DNA of 63,046 nucleotides, the filler included, from Saprolegnia diclina VS20 (Eukaryota): assembly GCF_000281045.1 (NCBI RefSeq). It is 6 parts of 3 records of this genome, joined end to end, with 100 filler letters (N's around TTAATTAATTAA, not from the genome) between each part and the next. Parts side by side here need not be neighbours in the genome. Positions count along the whole stretch, not along the records: positions 58,744 to 61,939 come from NW_008246082.1; positions 62,040 to 63,046 come from NW_008246082.1; 4 more parts are not named here. The stretch is one strand, 5' to 3'. Below, one piece after another: positions 59,185 to 63,046 of this stretch. A program made the position numbers and the translations under genes. The number at the start of each line of letters is the position of its first letter. Within the stretch, counting starts at the first letter, position 1. The notes beneath the pieces were generated by a model. That model was not told where the DNA came from. It worked only from the letters and a program-made list of their open reading frames with translations, and ran no database searches.

Positions 59185-59537
59185 GCTCGAAAGTGTGTGT
59201 ACCTGTGTACTAGTACACCTCCTTGATGCCATCACCGTAGCCGAGATGACAGGGCAATTTACGATCCCAGTTGAAACTCGCGAGCGCACTGCGTTGACGC
59301 GGTAACCACTGAGAGTCGACGCTATAACATCCTAATAAAACGCAAGGAAACATTCTTAATTGAAGACGCGCGCTTCGTGTCCATCCGTCCGTGGCTTCCT
59401 TCAACGAGGACGGCTCATTATCACAGCGCACCCAATGTTGACCTCGCGCAGTACAAGTGCTTCTTGATCTCGTTGAGGTTGCTCTCGAGCATCTTACGGC
59501 TCGAAAGTGTGTGTACCTGTGTACTAGTACACCTCCT
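59185..59537. repeat. Exact 39-bp direct repeat (59185-59223 and 59499-59537) containing the 14-bp palindrome GTGTACTAGTACAC
   Basis: GCTCGAAAGTGTGTGTACCTGTGTACTAGTACACCTCCT occurs twice, separated by 275 bp. Confidence 0.92.
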
Positions 59538-59763
59538 GGAGAGGAAAATAAAAATCCATGAAAGAGAATTTGACGGCTCCCTGTCCGCTAAAACGTGCAG
59601 GCCACTGTGCAGCCCAGAGTACTGTTCGTTAAAAGCATATTAATGGTTAAGTGACCACCACTGAATTCGCACACTATAACACCATTAAATATACAACGCA
59701 CACTAATCAAACACCATCTGGAAAGGGTACTTGACGAGCAAAGAGCAATCTGGCGCTCGCACC

Positions 59764-61939
59764 CTGACCACGTTTCTCGACGCAGTACTGCGCCAGCCCG
59801 AGCTCGTGGCCTTGGTCTTTGGCTACCAAGGTGGTGTCTTCGAAGACATTGCGCCCCGCTTCCGGCACTTTTACCTTTTCGTGGACTTCGAGTCGGGCGG
59901 CAACCACGGCGTCTACTGGCTCGACCCAGTGCACTTCGACACCTCGTACCGCCAGCGCGCAAGCGACGAGACGCCGCCAGCCGTCCTCAGCTCGGACGAG
60001 CTCAATCTCAACCAGCACAATACGCGTGATCCTCGCTTTCCACTGCACTTTGCGATTCTAGAGGGCAATCTACCTGCGACTCGGCGCATCCTGCGCTGCC
60101 GACCGGACCTCGCGTACCAAGAAGCCATTGAGCCAGCGCCATCATCTCGAGATCGCGGCGTACCTCTTGGAGCAGCGGAAGGAAAGTGTGCCTCAGCTAT
60201 ACCGCAACTTTGAAGACACGTCCGGCGGGTGGCCGTCGCGATGCCAAGACGAGTGGCTACCCCGCTCGACGCTGTGCATGAACGACGCGTCGGTCGTAGC
60301 ATTACTGTGGGCCCATCGGCAAAGCGACTGGAACTGGAGAGATCTTATCCTCACAGCGATCAACGAGCACGCGCTTCAAGCTCTGGCCTTTCTATGTGCT
60401 CACTCGCCGCCAACGGCCTTGTCGGGTGTGCTGGACGCAGTGAGCGGCAGTAGCCCACTGTCTTTGGTCGAGGTCTTGCACGCTCGTGGAGCCGACTGCA
60501 CGCACGTGGCGATGGACAGAGCCGCATCTGCCGGCAACTTTGACGTCGTCGTCTTTTTGCACGAGCACCGTACGGAAGGCTGCACCACCGACGCGATGGA
60601 CAGAGCCGCCACGTACGGCTACTTCAACGTCGTCGCTTTTCTTCACGAAAATCGCTGCGAAGGCTGCACCACAGACGCACTCGACGGAGGCGTGGGCGGC
60701 GACTACCTCGATATCGTCCGGTTCCTCTTTGACCACCGGGACGAAGGTGCGTCCTCCGACGTCTTGGACAAGGCTGCGGCGAACGGCAACTTAATCATTT
60801 TTGTGTACTTGCAGCAACGTGGGCCGTTTGCGCACTCGACGGCCGCCATCGACTTGGCCGCCAGCAACGGCCACCTCGACGTTGTCGCCTACCTCTTGGC
60901 CCACCGAGAGGACGGTGGCAGTCTGGATAGTACCGTTCGCGGTGCACTCGAGAACGGCCACATTGCGATCGTCGAGCTCCTCGTCGCTGCGGGGTATCCT
61001 CTTCCAACGGACGTTTCCCGCGTCGTACGGGCGATGCGCCAGCCCAACGCGCTCGCTCTCTTGCAGCTCTACGTAGCCCAGGGCGTTGCGCTGCCAGGAG
61101 CGTGGACAGCTGATGTGCACACGTTTGGCGCCAAGGACGTGTCTGCGTTTTACCGCCGCCACTCGCCGCACCACCCGCCCAACAATTTAAGCCTCCATTT
61201 TGAGCATATGACGCTGGACGAAGTGCGGACGGCGCTCGCAAAGGAAGATTTCAATGCAGTTGCTGCGCTCTGGGCGACGCAGCCCGAGATGCGCCAGGAC
61301 TTCTTGCTCGAGGTTATCGTGCGCACCAACGAGTCGCTCGACGCCCTCTCGTTTCTCCTTGAAGCAGGCGTCGGGCAGCCACGGGACGTTGCACGCGCGT
61401 CCATTCGTCGCCGGAGCTTCGCCATGCTGCGCATTCTCCTACCCTATTGTCTCGACCCAAGGGATCCTATCGACAACCTCGTCTTCCTTATCGAGTGGGT
61501 TCATACGCAGTCGCACGACTTCACCGCGTCACCGCTCCTTTTGCTCAAGACCGAGATGATCGCTCAGGCATATGCGGCCAACTGCCTTGACATCCACGTC
61601 GGCTCGGGTATCGAGGCACTGACGGCGGAGCTATTGGAGACGGGCGCGACATCTTCGATCGTGGAACCTGCGATCGGAGGCCTCGAACAACGCGTGCTCT
61701 TCAAGTCGGGTGTCGCCGACTGGGGCCTTGCCACGCTTTTTGTGCATTTCGCGGCCGTGGACCCTACCAAGCACGTTGCGCAGCTGCTACGGTGGCTCGA
61801 TATGGTGACCAATGCGGTTCTAACGACGCATCTGCAGCACCTCCTCAACAAGACGTTTGCCGACCGCCTTGATGTCGTCGCTGCTGCGCGAGCGGCGTCG
61901 GATGCCCATACGTACGCAGCGGCGTACGACGACTATTAG
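59764..61939 (+). pseudogene. Ankyrin-repeat protein; no ATG at the expected start and a frameshift near 60135
   Basis: (CTG)TTFLDAVLRQPELVALVFGYQGG..PLHFAILEG..AYQEAIE, then a frame change to HHLEIAAYLL and repeats AMDRAA..G.FDVV.FLHE.RTEGCT. Confidence 0.78.
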
Positions 61940-62039
61940 NNNNNNNNNNNNNNNNNNNNNNNNNNNNNNNNNNNNNNNNNNNNTTAATTAATTAANNNNN
62001 NNNNNNNNNNNNNNNNNNNNNNNNNNNNNNNNNNNNNNN
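61940..62039. other. Assembly gap with TTAATTAATTAA linker
   Basis: N-run with central linker. Confidence 0.97.
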
Positions 62040-62043
62040 CAAC

Positions 62044-62502
62044 ATGGCTATGCATGCTGAGCCTGCACCGGCCGCTGGGCAAGCGCTCCCGAACGGCACC
62101 CACGGTGATCTGCCGCTGCCAGGTTTTGCCAACGACGATCCCGTTCCCCACGCTCGTCTCGACGACGACATTCAGGACAACGCAGACGACGACGTGAAGG
62201 ACGACGCAGACGCAGACGACGACGTGAAGGACGACGCAGACGCCGACGACGTGCAGGACGACTCAGACGCCGACGACGTGCAGGACGACTCAGACGACGA
62301 CGACGTGCAGGACGACTCAGACGACGACGACGTGCAGGACGACTCAGACGACGACGCCCTCATTCGCCGACGCCGTCACCGTCGCCCTCGGTCGCCGTCG
62401 CCGGAGATTGCCCGCCGACTTCGCCGACGCGTCATGCCCGAAGAGCGCGCGGGTTTTAGCATCGGGGGTATCGTCAACTGCATTCGCAACTGGTTCCAGT
62501 AG
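62044..62502 (+). CDS. Small Asp-rich tandem-repeat protein with Arg-rich C-terminus (may be 5'-partial)
   Basis: 152-aa ORF with DDVQDDSD-type repeats (24-30 nt units, ~62161-62355) followed by RRRRHRRPRSPSPE. Confidence 0.6.
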   Translation: MAMHAEPAPAAGQALPNGTHGDLPLPGFANDDPVPHARLDDDIQDNADDDVKDDADADDDVKDDADADDVQDDSDADDVQDDSDDDDVQDDSDDDDVQDDSDDDALIRRRRHRRPRSPSPEIARRLRRRVMPEERAGFSIGGIVNCIRNWFQ

Positions 62503-62799
62503 ACGCGTCTGCGAAAATGTCGATTGCATTTACTGACAAGTGGCTCCATTAATCAATGTCTTGTGTCGAGCTTATTTTGGTCTTTCTTCGTTGTTCGTTG
62601 TTTGCCTCTCGTACGACGTTGTCATCTTCACCCGGAGACGCCAGCGACTGCGGTGGTTGAATTGTCATACACCAGTAGCGACCGATCTCGAGTACCGCTT
62701 CGTTGGCTTCTGGACGACAAAAAAGCTCTTGCTTGTCACCGCCAATTTTCCATCCAAGGGGCGTCAAGTCGAATAATACGCCATACATTCACGCAACTT

Positions 62800-63046
62800 G
62801 CTAGACTACGCCGGACGGCTCCACCACACGCTGATGGCCGACATGGGCAATCGCTCGGACGCGTCGGCACAGTTGGAGCTGAGCCCCTTGAGCAACGGCG
62901 ATTCCTTCCGGGCGACTTCGATGCTTGCGCACGTAGCGCTTCCGGTCCGAAACAAAGATGACGAGCGCCAAGCCAAAGGCGATCGTGGGAATGAGGAACG
63001 ACGCAAAAAAGCCGTACTCGACCGGAACGTACGGCTCGTAGCCGTC
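62800..63046 (-). pseudogene. POT/PTR oligopeptide transporter-like fragment that degenerates downstream
   Basis: From the window end it reads DGYEPYVPVEYGFFASFLIPTIAFGLALVIFVSDRKRYVRK, resembling a PTR TM helix and the following loop. The frame ends soon after without further TM helices. Confidence 0.45.

Noticed and set aside
25654..62039. Five identical TTAATTAATTAA palindromes within N-runs
   Set aside because: This is an artificial contig-joining linker with stops in all six frames. It is not biological, and adjacency across these gaps is uncertain.
62161..62355. Regularly spaced repeats as a possible CRISPR array
   Set aside because: The units are contiguous in-frame coding repeats without unique spacers, the context is eukaryotic, and there are no cas genes.
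1..63046. tRNA or rRNA genes
   Set aside because: None recognised by eye; tRNAscan-SE or Infernal would be needed to exclude them.

Overview
Eukaryotic, GC-rich, gene-dense scaffold with many short (about 40-70 nt) GT-AG introns. Gene content (ankyrin-repeat family, BTB-SPRY family, a ciliary DLEC1-like gene) points to an oomycete, probably Saprolegniales; this is an inference. Five 100-nt N-gaps each carry an artificial TTAATTAATTAA linker, so the last ~9 kb is fragmented. In order: three tandem BTB/POZ-SPRY-like genes, Mn-type CDF transporter, membrane-anchored GIN/DUF2807-like protein, gamma-tubulin complex component (GCP5-like), class I HDAC, ABCA transporter, a six-exon BRCT-BRCT-WGR-HD-ART gene, a frame-disrupted TPR + GT-like gene, UFD1, a hypothetical protein, NAA35/Mak10, a 63-aa membrane microprotein, a kelch protein, two divergent Myb paralogs, DLEC1/CFAP81-like, glutaredoxin, acetolactate synthase, M1 aminopeptidase, START and arrestin-like fragments, two frameshifted ankyrin genes, an Asp-rich repeat ORF and a PTR transporter fragment. 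The main finding is at 20640-22797 (-). After splicing, a PARP-like DNA-break-sensing front end (2xBRCT, WGR, half of the PARP helical domain) is fused to an R-S-ExE, arginine-type mono-ADP-ribosyltransferase domain instead of the H-Y-E PARP catalytic domain. All calls come from reading the sequence and recognising motifs; no searches were run.
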